Source: Plasmodiophora brassicae (lineage: Eukaryota). From it: DNA of 64,000 nucleotides. Location: the NCBI GenBank assembly GCA_036867785.1, contig CP145412.1, positions 434,001-498,000 of the forward strand, read 5' to 3'. Both the position numbers and the translations under genes were made by a program. The notes beneath the pieces were generated by a model that did not search any database, was not told the DNA's origin, and saw only the letters and a program-made list of their open reading frames with translations. Positions 14,232 to 26,034 of the stretch are shown here, piece after piece. How positions within the stretch are numbered: position 1 is the stretch's first letter; the number at the start of each line of letters is the position of its first letter.

Positions 14232-16071
14232 CGTGCCCGTCAGCGACGCCCTGCTGGCCACGTTCGCCTCGTGCTGCGCCCGGGCGGGCAGCGGCCCGGG
14301 CGCCGACGCCGCCCAGCGCCTGCTGGATCGTGTACGCGCGCGCCGGATCGTCGTCGCCCGGCGCCCGTTCGCCGACCTGTGCCGCGCCCTGCTCGCCCAG
14401 GGCCGCCTCGACGCCGCCCTGTCCTGCGTGTCGCTCATGGGCGACCGGGGCCTGGCGCCCGGCGCCGCCCTCCACAACCTGCTGCTCGAGCACGTCGTCC
14501 GCGCCGGCCGCCTGCCCCATGCCATGCGCCTGCTGGACAGCATGACCCGGGCCGGCGTTGTCGTCCAGGCGCCCGCCCTGTGCGCCCTGATCGGCGCCGT
14601 CCAGGCCGACGGCGCCCTCGACGCCCTGGACGCGTACGCGGCCGGGCAGGCGCCGGTCGCCGTCAGCGAACCGGTCGGCAGGGCCCTGGTGGCGGCGTAC
14701 GACGCGGCCGGGCGCCTGCGCGACGCCGAGCGCGCCTTCCGCGCGTACCGGGCGCGCGCCCTGTCGCCGCCCGGCCCCGCCCTGTACGCCGCCATGATCG
14801 GCGCGTACCATCGGCACGGGCGCCACCGGGACGCCGTCGACCTGTTCGACCGGGCCGCCGACCTGCACGACGTCGCCGACGACGACCATCTGCGGGCGCT
14901 CATGGTGCGCGTCTACGCCGACGCCGACCGGCCGCGCCAGGCCCTGCGCCTGCTCGACCACCAGCTGGGCGGCGCGTCCTCGTCGTCGTCGGTGGACCCG
15001 TCGACCCTGGCGGCGCTGGTCTCGTCCTGCGGGCGCGCCTCGCTGCTGTCGACGGTCGTGGCGCTGCGGGCGCTGGCCGCCGACCGCCGCCTGCTGACCG
15101 CCGACCGCGTCCTGGGCGCGTTCATCGCCGCGTACGCCGCCTGCGGGCGCCTGCCGGCCGCCGTCGACCTGTTCGAGGCGTCGTCGTCGCCCGGCGCCCC
15201 CCACGCCCTGACCGCCATGCTCCTGGCGTACGGCCAGGTCGGCCAGGTCGACCGCGCCCTGGCCCTGTACCGGGCGACGACGACGACGACGATCGCGGCC
15301 GGCGCCTCGCTGGGCGTCCTGCGTGCCCTGCTGACGGCCTGCAGCCACGTCGGCGACCTGCAGGCCGCCGACGACCTCGTCGACGCGTTCCCGGGCGGCG
15401 GCGCCGCACCCTTCCTGCTGGACCCGATCGTCGCCCGGCACCGCGTCGACCTGTACGGCCGCGTCGGCGACCTGGACCGCGCCGAGGACGTCGCCATGGC
15501 CGTCTACAACGACGCCGTGGCGGGCGACGACGACGACGACGACGAGGTGCGGGTCGGCGCCGCCATCACGCCACCGTTCGTGGCGCTGGTGCGCGCGTGC
15601 CGGGCGCACGGCGACGTCGACCGGGCCGAGCGCCTGCTTGCCATGGTCGGCGGCGCCGGCCTCGACCCGGCGGTCCTGTGCGACCTGCGGGCGGCCGCCG
15701 CACCCGACGGTGGGCCGGGCCCGACCATCCTCGTCCTCGACGACCGGTCGCTGCGGTTCCAGCACGACGACGACAACGCGTTTGCCGCCGATGGGCGCCT
15801 GCGGGACGCGCACGCCGACCTCGTGGGCGTGGGGGCGGCGGCGGCGCACAGCGAGACGCTGGCGCTGGCGTACGCGGTGTCGACGACGACGACGACGACG
15901 GGGGCGGACCCGATCTGCGCCACCAAGGTCGGCCCGGGCGCCATGTGCCGAGCGTGCCACGATGTCGCCGGGCGCGTGTCGGCCGCCTACCACCGGGACG
16001 TCTACGTCCGCGACGACGTCCGGCACCACCATTTCCGCCATGGGTCCTGCTCCTGCGGCGACTACTGGTGA
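13555..16071 (+). CDS. Pentatricopeptide-repeat protein with C-terminal DYW deaminase domain; putative mitochondrial presequence; intronless
   Basis: Arg-rich N-terminus without acidic residues (MLRRALARIAQHRRLVRC). PPR motifs such as LYAAMIGAYHRHGRHRDAVDLF and ALLTACSHVGD. C-terminus HSETLALAY...CRACH...VYVRDDVRHHHFRHGSCSCGDYW*. Confidence 0.92.
14164..14229 (+). repeat. (GAC)22 coding trinucleotide repeat (poly-Asp) in the PPR-DYW gene
   Basis: 22 uninterrupted GAC units, in frame. Confidence 0.95.
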
Positions 16072-16123
16072 TTGGTACACGCAGCGGTGCGTGTGTGTGC
16101 ATGTGCGTGTGCGTGTGCGTGTA

Positions 16124-17166
16124 TCAGGGGCAATCCTGCAGCGGGACGCTCGCGCCGCCGCCCTTCGTCGTCGAACCCGTGTCGTCGTCGAGGTCGACGT
16201 CGGGGAGAGGGGCGCCGGTGACGCCCCCCAGGGTGACCAGGCGCCTCTTGACGTGGTACGTCATGACGAGGATGGCGACGGCGCTGCCGACGAGCGAGGC
16301 GATGGTGGGCGCCATCTCCGCCGACCGCCAGTTGACGTTGCCCTTCTCGATCCGGCGCAGGAACAGGGCCAGGTTCTCGATGTGCGTCCCCACCCAGACC
16401 ATGAAGATCAGCTTCACCTGTACGAGGGGTGCCCCCGCCCGGTCAGATACAGGCCCGGTTGTGCGGGCGGACGGGCGGCCCGACCCTGGAGCAGCAGGTG
16501 GCGGCGAAGAACTCCCAGTGCCTGGCGTCGGACATGCTGAGCAGGGCGTTCGTGATGCCGAACGGCGTGTAGCACAGCTGGACGAGGAGGACCGACTGGA
16601 ACCCGTGCTGCTTGAACGTGTGCTCCAGGGCGACCATGTGCCTAGCCAGGCAGCCGAACCGGGCGCGCAACGCCGACGGCGACACGCGCCCCTGCCCGAT
16701 CAGCCAGCGCATGACGACCCAGGTCAGCTCGGAGCCGACCACCAGGCCCAGCCAGCCCAGCGGAAACGCCCACCACCCGTACAGGTACGCGGCCGCGAAC
16801 GTGAAGAACCTATAGAACACGCACGCGCGAGCGACACACAATCAGGCCACAAACAGGAACGGCGGGACAAGGGCGGCGGTGTGGCGTACGGGGCCGCCAC
16901 GGCGAACGGCGTCGCGTTGACGATGAACGTGGCGAACACGACGAGCAGGGTCGCCGGGCTGTTCCGGTCGACGCGGTCGCAGACCTATACAGGGGGTCGA
17001 ATCCGTCAGCCCAGGGGGGGTTCAGCGCGCCGATGCAAGCCAGGCGAGGGGCGCGCACATAGACGAGGGCGTCGATCGCGCACGGGAGCACGAACTTGAG
17101 CGCGACGGCGACGGCGACGATCGCCGCGACGATCAGCAGGCGCCTGGTCAGCAGTGCGACCCTCAT
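16124..17166 (-). CDS. TVP38/TMEM64 (SNARE-associated Golgi, DedA/VTT domain) membrane protein, multi-exon
   Basis: FTFAAAYLYGWWAFPLGWLGLVVGS...GFQSVLLVQLCYTPFGITNALLSMSD..WEFFAATC matches the VTT domain pattern. Confidence 0.8.
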
Positions 17167-17668
17167 CGATGACGCGTACGACGATCGATTACCACGGATG
17201 GGTTTGACGGTCGACGACGCCCGTGGGCAGCTCGGCGGCGGCGCACCCGCACAGGTCCTCTCCCGCAGTGCCGCATCCCGCCCGCCGCCGCACGACCCGG
17301 GACTGGGAGGGACCACGACCAGGACCACCGGCCTATCGCTCGTTCACCAGCGCAGCGGAGATGCGGTTGCCGCGAGGCGTCCACCCAACAGGCTGGCGTG
17401 CAGGCCTATTGTCCAGGCTATGCACAAGTTCGCCCACAACGGAGGTTCTCCGCGAATCGGTAGGCAGCTGCGACGACCCCAGATCCGTCGTGGCGTGTCC
17501 GAACGTGATGGGTCACCCCAAAGCACGCCTACCCGTCGCACACTGAACACGCCCGTTGAACAGTATAGTTGACGATCACATGGCGTTCGAGACGGGGCCG
17601 CGCAAACATGCCCTTCGCTGGATGGGCTCGGCCAGGTGACGATGCTCGATGGGAGCGACCACATGCTG

Positions 17669-20251
17669 TTATGTATCAAGCAGCTGCGACGCTGCGTAGA
17701 GGAACGTCTGCAGGGACACACGGCCGGTATCGTCGTCGGCGCATTCCTGTAGCGTACGGACGAACTGGGAACATGTGTCCCGGGACAGCTCTCCTGTGCA
17801 ACACAATGTCTGTGAGTCGCGCCGTCCCAAGGACCCCCAGTGCAATCGACCTACGGAATGCAGGCGATCCAAACACAACAGCCTCGAGTTCATCCACAGA
17901 CACGGAACCCGATCGGGAGGTATCCACGCGGAAGAAATCGTCACCCAGGTGCTGCCCTGCATCGGTTCCTGGGGCGCACTCTGTAAGCAGCGGCAGCACA
18001 CGGCGATAGGTTGACGGTCACCAGACCTTGCGTCGCCGCCGGGGCACCCATCGTCGACAGGAACGTCATGCCGGCCTGGTACTGGCGAATGCGGCGCTGC
18101 TGATCCCAGCGCAGTTCATCGCCCATTAACGCGATGACGGCAGGCAATGCCTCACGAGCCGCACTGGTGTTCAAGAACGCCAAGCGCGTCCGCCGCGCCA
18201 TGACGTCAACCACGGTCAACGCGTGCTCGTTGCGAACAGAGTACAGGACTTCGGCGCGAATGAAGGCGTACCCCGGGGCTAATCGTTTGGCGAGGTCGGG
18301 ATCCTAAGCAGTTGGTGGTGACGAATCAGATGGGACATTGCAGAACTGGCGCGGCACGCGTACCATCTTGCACATGGCCGCAATCTCCAGGGCGCGAGCA
18401 CCGTAAGAGTGCGCTAGGTGGGCGCCGACATCATCGGGCAGGCTACCTGACCCCCTGCGTCAGCCGTACATTCGTGGCATCGGAACCGACGCACAATCGA
18501 TGGACCTTGCTGGCTGACGGCCGCTGCGGTCTCGTGCGTCCAGCCTTGTGTACCAATGAGCGGCATACCGTATGTGATGCATGGGACCCCAGGTGCGATG
18601 CGATCGACAACGTCTTGTGCCATCGCTCGGTACGTTGTCCATTTGCCACCGGCGATTGTTATCAGTCCGGATACGGGGTCGACGTCGATGACGTGATCCC
18701 GGGACACGCCCTGCGTCCCACCGACAACCCCGGATGTCGGTTTGGCAAGCGGCCGAATCCCCGCCCAGGCCGACGCGACGTCGTCCCGCCCAACGGGAGC
18801 GCAGAGGATTTGCGACACTTCATCCAGTATCCAGTCGACCTCTGCATGGCTGTACGTTTACCGTCGATCGTGCGCTGACATGTACGACGGTCGTACCTTT
18901 CTCGTGGGCTGTCGGCAAGTCGACGACACCTGACGCCGCGTCCGTCGTCCCGGCAATGGTCGAGCCTTCCCACGGAAGAAGGAACAAGACGCGGCCGTCT
19001 GGCGAGCAAGTCAGCACATCGATGAATCACATGGGCGCCTCCGGATCACTCGCCTGAAGTTTTCGGGATTAACAGCCCCATGTCGGCCGGTGAACAGCTG
19101 TCCGGCAGAGTTACGTGAACACCGACGCTGGGACAGATCATTGGGGCGACGCTCGGCGAATCCAGTTTCCGGATGGCATCGGAGAAGGGGCCGGTCGCAT
19201 TCACGATTGTCTTGAGCACGCGGACCACGGGTCAGTCGGTCCAAGAGCAAACGGAAAAGCAACAATCACAGCGGACCTTGGCGCTAATGTCCCAGACATC
19301 ACCCGATTCCGCATCACGAACGGTTGCCCCCGTTACTTTCCCGCTGGCGTCCTTGAGCAGCGCTGTAACGCAGGTGTGATTGAGGACATCGGCGCCCCGG
19401 TCGATGGCGGTCAGCGCGATCGCTAGATTCATCCGAGCATCGTCGTGCAACCCATCGTAGTAGACGACGGCGCACTTCAGCCCGTCCCGGTTCAGCATTG
19501 GGAATGCCGTCAACGCCTGCTCCCTCGTCATGAAATAACTGCTCTTCAGCGCGCCACTCTTACCCGCCACCAGGTCGTACACTTTCATGCCTAGAGACGC
19601 GCAGTGCCCTTGAGCAACCGATGGCGATCGACCATGACGCCCTACCGATGTAGTAGTACGGGGCAGTGAACAGGACCAGGGGGAACCTGTCGTAGTTCGG
19701 GACGATCGTCGGCAGGGCGCGGACCAGGTGAGGTGCGATCGTCATGAGATGGCGACGCTCCCGAAGCCTGCATCGAAATTGCAGAGGCGTACGACAAGAC
19801 GCACAGGCGGGGGGCGGGCGTACGCTTCGTGCACAAGATGAAGCTGGGAATAGTCCAGCTGGGTGACTGCCTTCTCCAGGTATCGTACGCCGCCGTGGAT
19901 GAGCTTGGAGCTTCGCGAGCTGGTCCCCGATGCGAAATCGTCACGCTCAACCAGGCATACCGACAGGCCCCGCGTCACGGCATCGAGCGCGATCCCGGCG
20001 CCCGTCGCCCTGCGCGCCCCCGGTCAGCTGCAGACGCAGGCCATGAGGGGCGGGGCGCAACCTGACCCTCCGCCAATCACCAGCACGTCGTACTGTTTCG
20101 CGCGCGTGCGCTGCACCATCTCGCCCCGTGACGGCGACCGACGACGATGGTCGGGGGCGGCCTCGGACGACACCATTGCCGATGGTGACCCCACGACGAC
20201 GACGGCGGCCCCGACGGCGGCACCTGCCAGGGCACGCCGCGCTCGCCACAT
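17669..20251 (-). CDS. GPD2: Mitochondrial FAD-dependent glycerol-3-phosphate dehydrogenase with C-terminal EF-hand, multi-exon
   Basis: [85 protein letters not shown]-hand [12 protein letters not shown]. Confidence 0.95.
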
Positions 20252-20575
20252 GTCACGCGGCCGACCCCGCTGTTCACCGGATTCGTTGGCCGCGCGCCCG
20301 AACAGAACCAATGTTGAAAAACGTCGACTGGCCCAGCGGAGGGCGCGGCGACAGCACACCCCCCCCCCCCCCCCCCGGTCCAAAACAGCGCGCGCATTAT
20401 CACGGCACGTCAATACAGGATCGTTCGCCCCGCCCTGGTGGGTAGCGATCCGTTCGACGGTCTGGCGCGGCGCGATGCCTTCGTTGTCGGCAACCGCGCG
20501 GGAAGGGCCCAGCGTCAATGAAAACCCCGCGTCGAGCACTTGCTAGTTTACTGACTGGGTACAGCATGGCAGGGA

Positions 20576-21573
20576 TCAGCGTTGCCGGTTCTGGTCGGAC
20601 TGGCGCTGAAGCGCAGACAGGAGCGCATCGACACCGACATCCTGGTCCGCAGGCAGACCGAGCTGCTGGAGCAGGGCCTGACCCTGGCCGCTGTTGATCG
20701 CTGCCGTTAGACGATTCAGCGTCTGCTGCAGCTGTGGGCTGCGAAGTTGCTGTTCCAGGGCCTCGCGGGAGCGTTGCCCCTCGGGGAGGTCGGGCAGGAC
20801 AGCGGCGACCAGGTCGGGATGGCGCTGAAGCAACGGGATGACGTGATCGGGGTTCAGAACGGCACCCAGCGACTGAACCGGTGCGGGCCGCTGAGGCACC
20901 GCTGTTGCCCCTGGCGCTTGCACCTGTCCGGTCAGCATGGCCAGCAACTGGTTCTGATCGAGGGTGCCAGGTGCAGGGCGGGCGCCACCCGTCAAGGGCG
21001 TTCGCCCCGACAGGTACCCATTCATCTGTTCGATTAACGATGCGTCGTGGTCTGCCTTCGGCTCCTGTAGCCAATACAAACGACGGCGCGAACGGTCACC
21101 GGCGAACTCCACCATCAGAACGCGCCCTGTATCCAGGACGTCCATTAGTAACAGTTGAGCAATGTCACAGTTAAAATACCGTCGGTGCATTCGGGGATTA
21201 ACTCGACAGTGGCTTCGTTCGGCAGCACGATGTAATCCTCCTATACGTCAAATATTCAACGATGTGCCCAGTAGTAGGGCAGCCGCGGAAACACCCTGCA
21301 TACCTGGACTTCACCAGATGGGCGCAGTTGCCACTGGACATGCAGCAGACCGTCACGCTCTGAACCGGCAACGTCAGCGGATATTGTTGGGCGAACGCAC
21401 ATCCACTGACCGAGGAACACAAGTTTGCCCTTGCGTGCATCGGCGGTCACCGCTGTGCCAGACTGGCTCAAGGTGCCGGCACGGCACGACATGAGCCCGT
21501 CAGACGCAGCAGCACCGCCAGCGGCACTGCCCGCCTGACTTGTCAACCCGGCCAGCAATCGCTCGAGGTCCAT
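20576..21573 (-). CDS. RPN13: Proteasome ubiquitin receptor Rpn13/ADRM1, multi-exon
   Basis: Pru domain (CRAG...VTADARKGKL...DGLLHVQW; GRV...RRLYWLQEP) and C-terminal DEUBAD domain (LRSPQLQQTL). Confidence 0.9.
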
Positions 21574-21774
21574 CGCGACCCCGCCTGGCCGTTCCGAAAA
21601 TGCGACCGCCGACAGCGACGACAACAAAAACGACCGCTGACATTAATTTTGTAAAAAAATGACCACAGCGAACGTCGACACGCCGGCGGCATGGGGGGCC
21701 TGACCTACTGGCGACACTGGATTGGAGAGGATTGTATTGGGCGAGAATATTGTCGCAGCCAGACGACAGGCCGG

Positions 21775-23201
21775 TCAGTCCTTGTCGAAACCCGACCATT
21801 GCTGGTCGTCTATCGATGTCGCTGGCGGGAGTTCGAGAACGTCGTCACTGAAGTTGGTCGTATCGAACGGATCGACCAGACGCGGCTTGTATGGCGCTGA
21901 CATGACGCATGCTGACAGAGCTTCCCAGTTGAAGCCGACAAAGTTTGTCGAATGGTTTGTCACAAACCATTCATGGGACTTGATCCCGTTAAGACCTATG
22001 GAGACATACAATCAGTTAGGCCTGCGTTGCACGGTCTAGCCAGACGATCTTACTCAGGCGCTCCTCAGGGTTGTGCCTCAGAAGACCTCGGACAAGGTCG
22101 TATGCGCCGGGTGGAAGGCTCCGTGGCACCTGGATCTCATCTTCCGCGGTGGTCAGGATTTTGCGAAAGACTGCCATCTTCCACTCGTTGGCGTCTGCGT
22201 AGTCTCGCCCGTCGGTGCGAAACGGTGACCCGGACTCGAACAGGTCGCATATGAATATGCCGAGCGACCACCAATCCGCTGCACCCGTATATCCGTCTCG
22301 CGGCGCCGACAAGCCCAGACTAGGGAAGTCGCGGTGAGTCGCAATGACCTGATAGCAGAAAAAGGTCATGTGAGGAACGCATGGGTCGCAACGGCGGGCA
22401 AGGCGGATACCTCTGGAGCACAGAATTCAGTTGTCCCTTGGAACACCCTGGCGTTAACCCCCGGCTGCCAGGTTGTGGAAGTCGCCCAGTCGACGAGTCG
22501 TACGTACCCGTTTTCGTCGAGAACCACGTTTTCGGGTAATACGCTGCAATGAATGGCCCCCTTTCGATGAATGTCTTCCAGGATTAGCGCTATCGACGCC
22601 ACATAGAACTTGAGCATTTCCTCTGTGGGCTTCGTGCCTCGGGTCTGAATTGGATTTCCAGGCATCAGGATACGTGAACAGCAGTACATGAACAAAAATA
22701 TGTACAATTGTAAACAGGTCGCCACCAGGAACATACTCCATCACGATGTACGCGTAATTGTCATCGTGCATCGCACAGTACGCCTCAACCACCCCGGGTG
22801 TGTCTCGTACAACGTCCAGCAGAGCGTCACGTTCGAGCCGGGCACGGAGGGACATTTTCTGTTTGGAATACTACACAGAGCAGCGAGGTCAGCAGTCCGA
22901 CATTACCGATGCCTACTCGAGCCTGCGTACTTTCTTCATCGCGTACGGACGCTTGTTCGTCTTGTGCTTCACCAGGTAGACCATGGTTTTGTCCTTGGTG
23001 CCACCGATGGCTTTGATTAGTTCGAAATCATCCACCTTGCACGGCTTGGGCGGCGGCTCGCCCCGCGACGCAGCGACGGCCTGCACATGGACAGTCAGCC
23101 GTGATCCATGCCAGCCGGCACCATGCGGGTTGCCTTACGAGCACGGCCACGAAGACGGCAATGACGGCAAAGGCGTAGTTGATGTTGGATCCGGCTAACA
23201 T
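21775..23201 (-). CDS. AGC-like protein kinase fold with N-terminal signal peptide; probable pseudokinase, multi-exon
   Basis: DDFELIKAIG, YAMK, YIVMEYVPGGDLF, GTTEFCAPE, DWWSLG and AGC C-tail (APYKP..DPFDTTNF). Catalytic loop reads IHCSVLPEN and DFG reads DWA. Confidence 0.85.
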
Positions 23202-23450
23202 CGCGTCCCGTCGTGAATCACAAATGACGATGCCGTCCGCCCAGAAGATTCCTACAGGCGGAGGCCGCCTGGTTGGTGCTTCACGCAACTACCGTACAGT
23301 CGGCGAGGGGTCCCGAAAATAAGACCGCGTGGTATACGCGGGGCACGCGATCTTAAAATATACATACATGAGGGCTGCTGCTCCGCTGGATGACTTTCTT
23401 GTACCCAGAGCACGCTGGAAGACGCCTGCGCGCGCCCGTCATAGACCAGA

Positions 23451-25463
23451 TCACCAGAAATCCCCGCATGAGCATTGCCCCTGATGGAAATAGTGATGAC
23501 GGCTCGAGTCGCGCACGTAGACGTCCCGGTCGTAGATGCTGGACGCTGCTTTGATAGCAACGTGGCAATCAGGGCAGACGCGTACGGTCTTAGCTAGGCG
23601 GATCTGGCCGCTGCCCGGGACGTTGTTCAGCGCGTACGCCAACGCAATGATCTCGCTGTGCAGAAACACGGACTGGCTGGACGGCGCGCCGGCCAGTACC
23701 GCCGGGTTCGTGTACCCGACGGCCATCAGGCGCTGGACCAGGTCGGCGTGTTGGTCGACCAGAACCTCGTCACCGTGAAACCGCTCGTCATTTGAAAAGT
23801 AGTACGAGCAACAGGTTGCCTGCTGCACCGATGTTCGCCCTGGATCGATGAGCAGCCCCTGGCGTTCCATGTCCAGTCGCAGGCGCCTGTACTCGTCGAC
23901 GTTCCCTGCAGTGGCGTGCATGTGCAGCAGCCAAACATAGGCAGACGCTAAGGAATGCGCAGGGACATGGGGCAGCTGGCGAATCGTGGAAAGCGCACGC
24001 TCCGCTCTAGGTAGGTCGTTGTGCGTACGACATCCCGCCAGCACATACGACCAGGACATGACGGAAGTCATCGTCGATGACGCCGATGACCTGACGGCCG
24101 CTTCCTCGGCGTCGTCCAACTTGCCGGCATTGGCGTACAGATCGGCTAGCGTCGACCCAGACAGGTCGTCGGGCAACGAGATGTTCCAACGACGGGCAAA
24201 GTCGGACTGGAGGTCGGCAGCGCGCGCAACGTTGCCCGTCTGGCAGCACCCGACGAGGAGAGCGCTCAGCGTCCTGGACGTTGGCACCAGACGCGCTTCC
24301 GTCGTCAGCTTCTCGAACGTGGTCCGCGCTTGCTCGACTCTGGAGTGGTGCCCATACGCAGCGATCATCGAGTTGACCACGGGGACCGACGGCGTACGAC
24401 CCGCGAACACGCGCTCGCCCGCGTCGATATCGCCGCAACGGTCGTAGGCGCAGATCAGGGCGCCGACAACGATATCATTCTGCAGCATATCGTCATCATG
24501 GGCGTACCGGTGGAGGGTCTGGACCAGGGCGATCTCGAAGCAACGGCCGCAGGATGCGATCAGCTCGGTCAGCACAGGCGCAGTCACTGCGATGCCCCGT
24601 TCCTTCATCGCGGTGAACAACGCGAACGCCTTGAACACGCGATTCGCTCTCGTCAGCGCGGACAGAACGTGCGTGTAGATCGGCATCGATACAGGTATGC
24701 CTTGCGATTCCAGGCGGTCCAGCGCGTTGACGGCGAGATCGAATCGCTGATGAACGAGCAGGGCCTTCACCAAATTCGCCAACGACGCCTGGTTGCCGTG
24801 CAGCGGTATCCGATTCGACTGCACCATGTGCAGCAGGCGTTGAGCGACGACGGCGCCCGATCGGTGCCCAGTGCTTTCGGCACAGAGGGCGGCGAACAGG
24901 GACAGCAGCCGATCGCTGAACTCGACGTTGCGGTTGACGGCTTCGTCGACGAGGAACAGCGCCGCCGTGGGGTTGTTCGCGATCCTGCACAGGTTCGCGA
25001 CGCCAAAGATAACGTTGTGGGATCGCGGGCCGCACGTCGCGAACCGGTTGAGCGCGTCCCGCATGAGCGCCTGCGGCGCACGCTGACACGCAGCGATGAA
25101 CGTGCAGAACAGCTGGTCGCAGATGGCGACCCCATGCTCGACCGCCCTGTCCAGCACGTCCGGCGCCTTCTCGGGAGCATGCCGCCTACAGAACGACATC
25201 ATGGCCTGGAAGAATCGGACGTTGGCCCGTAGGCCGGTGTTGATCGCCGTCTGGAACACGTGCCAGGCGCGATCCGCGTCGGTGACTTGCTGGAACACGA
25301 GGACGGCACGGACGGCAGTAGGACGACGGCAGAATTCCGCATAGGCCAGGCAGGGCTTCACTGACGCCGACGTCGTCGCTGCATGGCCACCCGCCGACGA
25401 CGTCGCTGCCGTCGTCAGCGCACCATGGCAACGCGCGACAACGGCTGCAGCCCAACGACGCAT
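23451..25463 (-). CDS. Pentatricopeptide-repeat protein with E/E+ and DYW-type (DFW) deaminase domain; putative mitochondrial presequence; intronless
   Basis: PPR motifs (VGALICAYDRCGDIDAGERVF, VNSMIAAYGHH), E-like WSYVLAGCRTH, PG box DPGRTSV, and HSEIIALAY...KTVRVCPDCH...VRDSSRHHYFHQGQCSCGDFW*. Confidence 0.93.
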   Translation of the reverse strand: MRRWAAAVVARCHGALTTAATSSAGGHAATTSASVKPCLAYAEFCRRPTAVRAVLVFQQVTDADRAWHVFQTAINTGLRANVRFFQAMMSFCRRHAPEKAPDVLDRAVEHGVAICDQLFCTFIAACQRAPQALMRDALNRFATCGPRSHNVIFGVANLCRIANNPTAALFLVDEAVNRNVEFSDRLLSLFAALCAESTGHRSGAVVAQRLLHMVQSNRIPLHGNQASLANLVKALLVHQRFDLAVNALDRLESQGIPVSMPIYTHVLSALTRANRVFKAFALFTAMKERGIAVTAPVLTELIASCGRCFEIALVQTLHRYAHDDDMLQNDIVVGALICAYDRCGDIDAGERVFAGRTPSVPVVNSMIAAYGHHSRVEQARTTFEKLTTEARLVPTSRTLSALLVGCCQTGNVARAADLQSDFARRWNISLPDDLSGSTLADLYANAGKLDDAEEAAVRSSASSTMTSVMSWSYVLAGCRTHNDLPRAERALSTIRQLPHVPAHSLASAYVWLLHMHATAGNVDEYRRLRLDMERQGLLIDPGRTSVQQATCCSYYFSNDERFHGDEVLVDQHADLVQRLMAVGYTNPAVLAGAPSSQSVFLHSEIIALAYALNNVPGSGQIRLAKTVRVCPDCHVAIKAASSIYDRDVYVRDSSRHHYFHQGQCSCGDFW

Positions 25464-26034
25464 TCCGAGTTGTGACCTGTGCCCACGCCAGGGGTGCAAC
25501 GGCATCGGCGAGCCCGCTGCACTGCGCCGCAAGTTGGTCCGCCTCGCCGCGGCTCTACGACCCGCTGACCGCGTCATCACTGCACAGCTCACACGCTCAG
25601 GGTGCTGCTGAAACGCAGGGCGAAGGGAAACACACACGCATTGCCATGCGCACGCTGTATGTATGAGCTCGAAGTGTATCCGCGATCTGAAACGCCGAAG
25701 AGCTGTGCGCTAACCATGGTTTCTGGAGCACGGCGACCGCCGGGGTTGCCTGTGAACCCAAATTGGTTCGCCAGTTGCTGCTTTTGCGGATCAGCAACGC
25801 CCTCTGGACGCAACGAAGCGTCGGCGATGCGAACGAGGGCTGAGGCCGTGTACGTCAAAAATAGGTACGGTAGGCCAACTGCGAGTGCGGAATGCCGACG
25901 CGGTCCGTACCTGCTCGATGCTGTCTCATGGCTGCCTGCAGCCGCGGCGAGCAGTTCTATTTTCAGAACGAGGGCCCCTGATCTGTGATCACTGGTGTTC
26001 CGACCGGCGTCCTCGTCCTCGCTGGGCTGGAGGC

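Noticed and set aside
12796-16080. 1094-aa minus-strand ORF and the 1031-aa alternate-frame ORF 14004..17099
   Set aside because: Shadow ORFs of the extremely GC-rich PPR-DYW gene: low-complexity R/G/V/P translations with no motifs.
20359-20375. Poly-C/G tract between GPD2 and RPN13
   Set aside because: Simple homopolymer; no evidence of function from sequence alone.
25589-25990. Short ORFs between PPR-DYW gene 2 and the type II membrane gene
   Set aside because: No convincing start, splice model or homology; likely a divergent promoter/UTR region.
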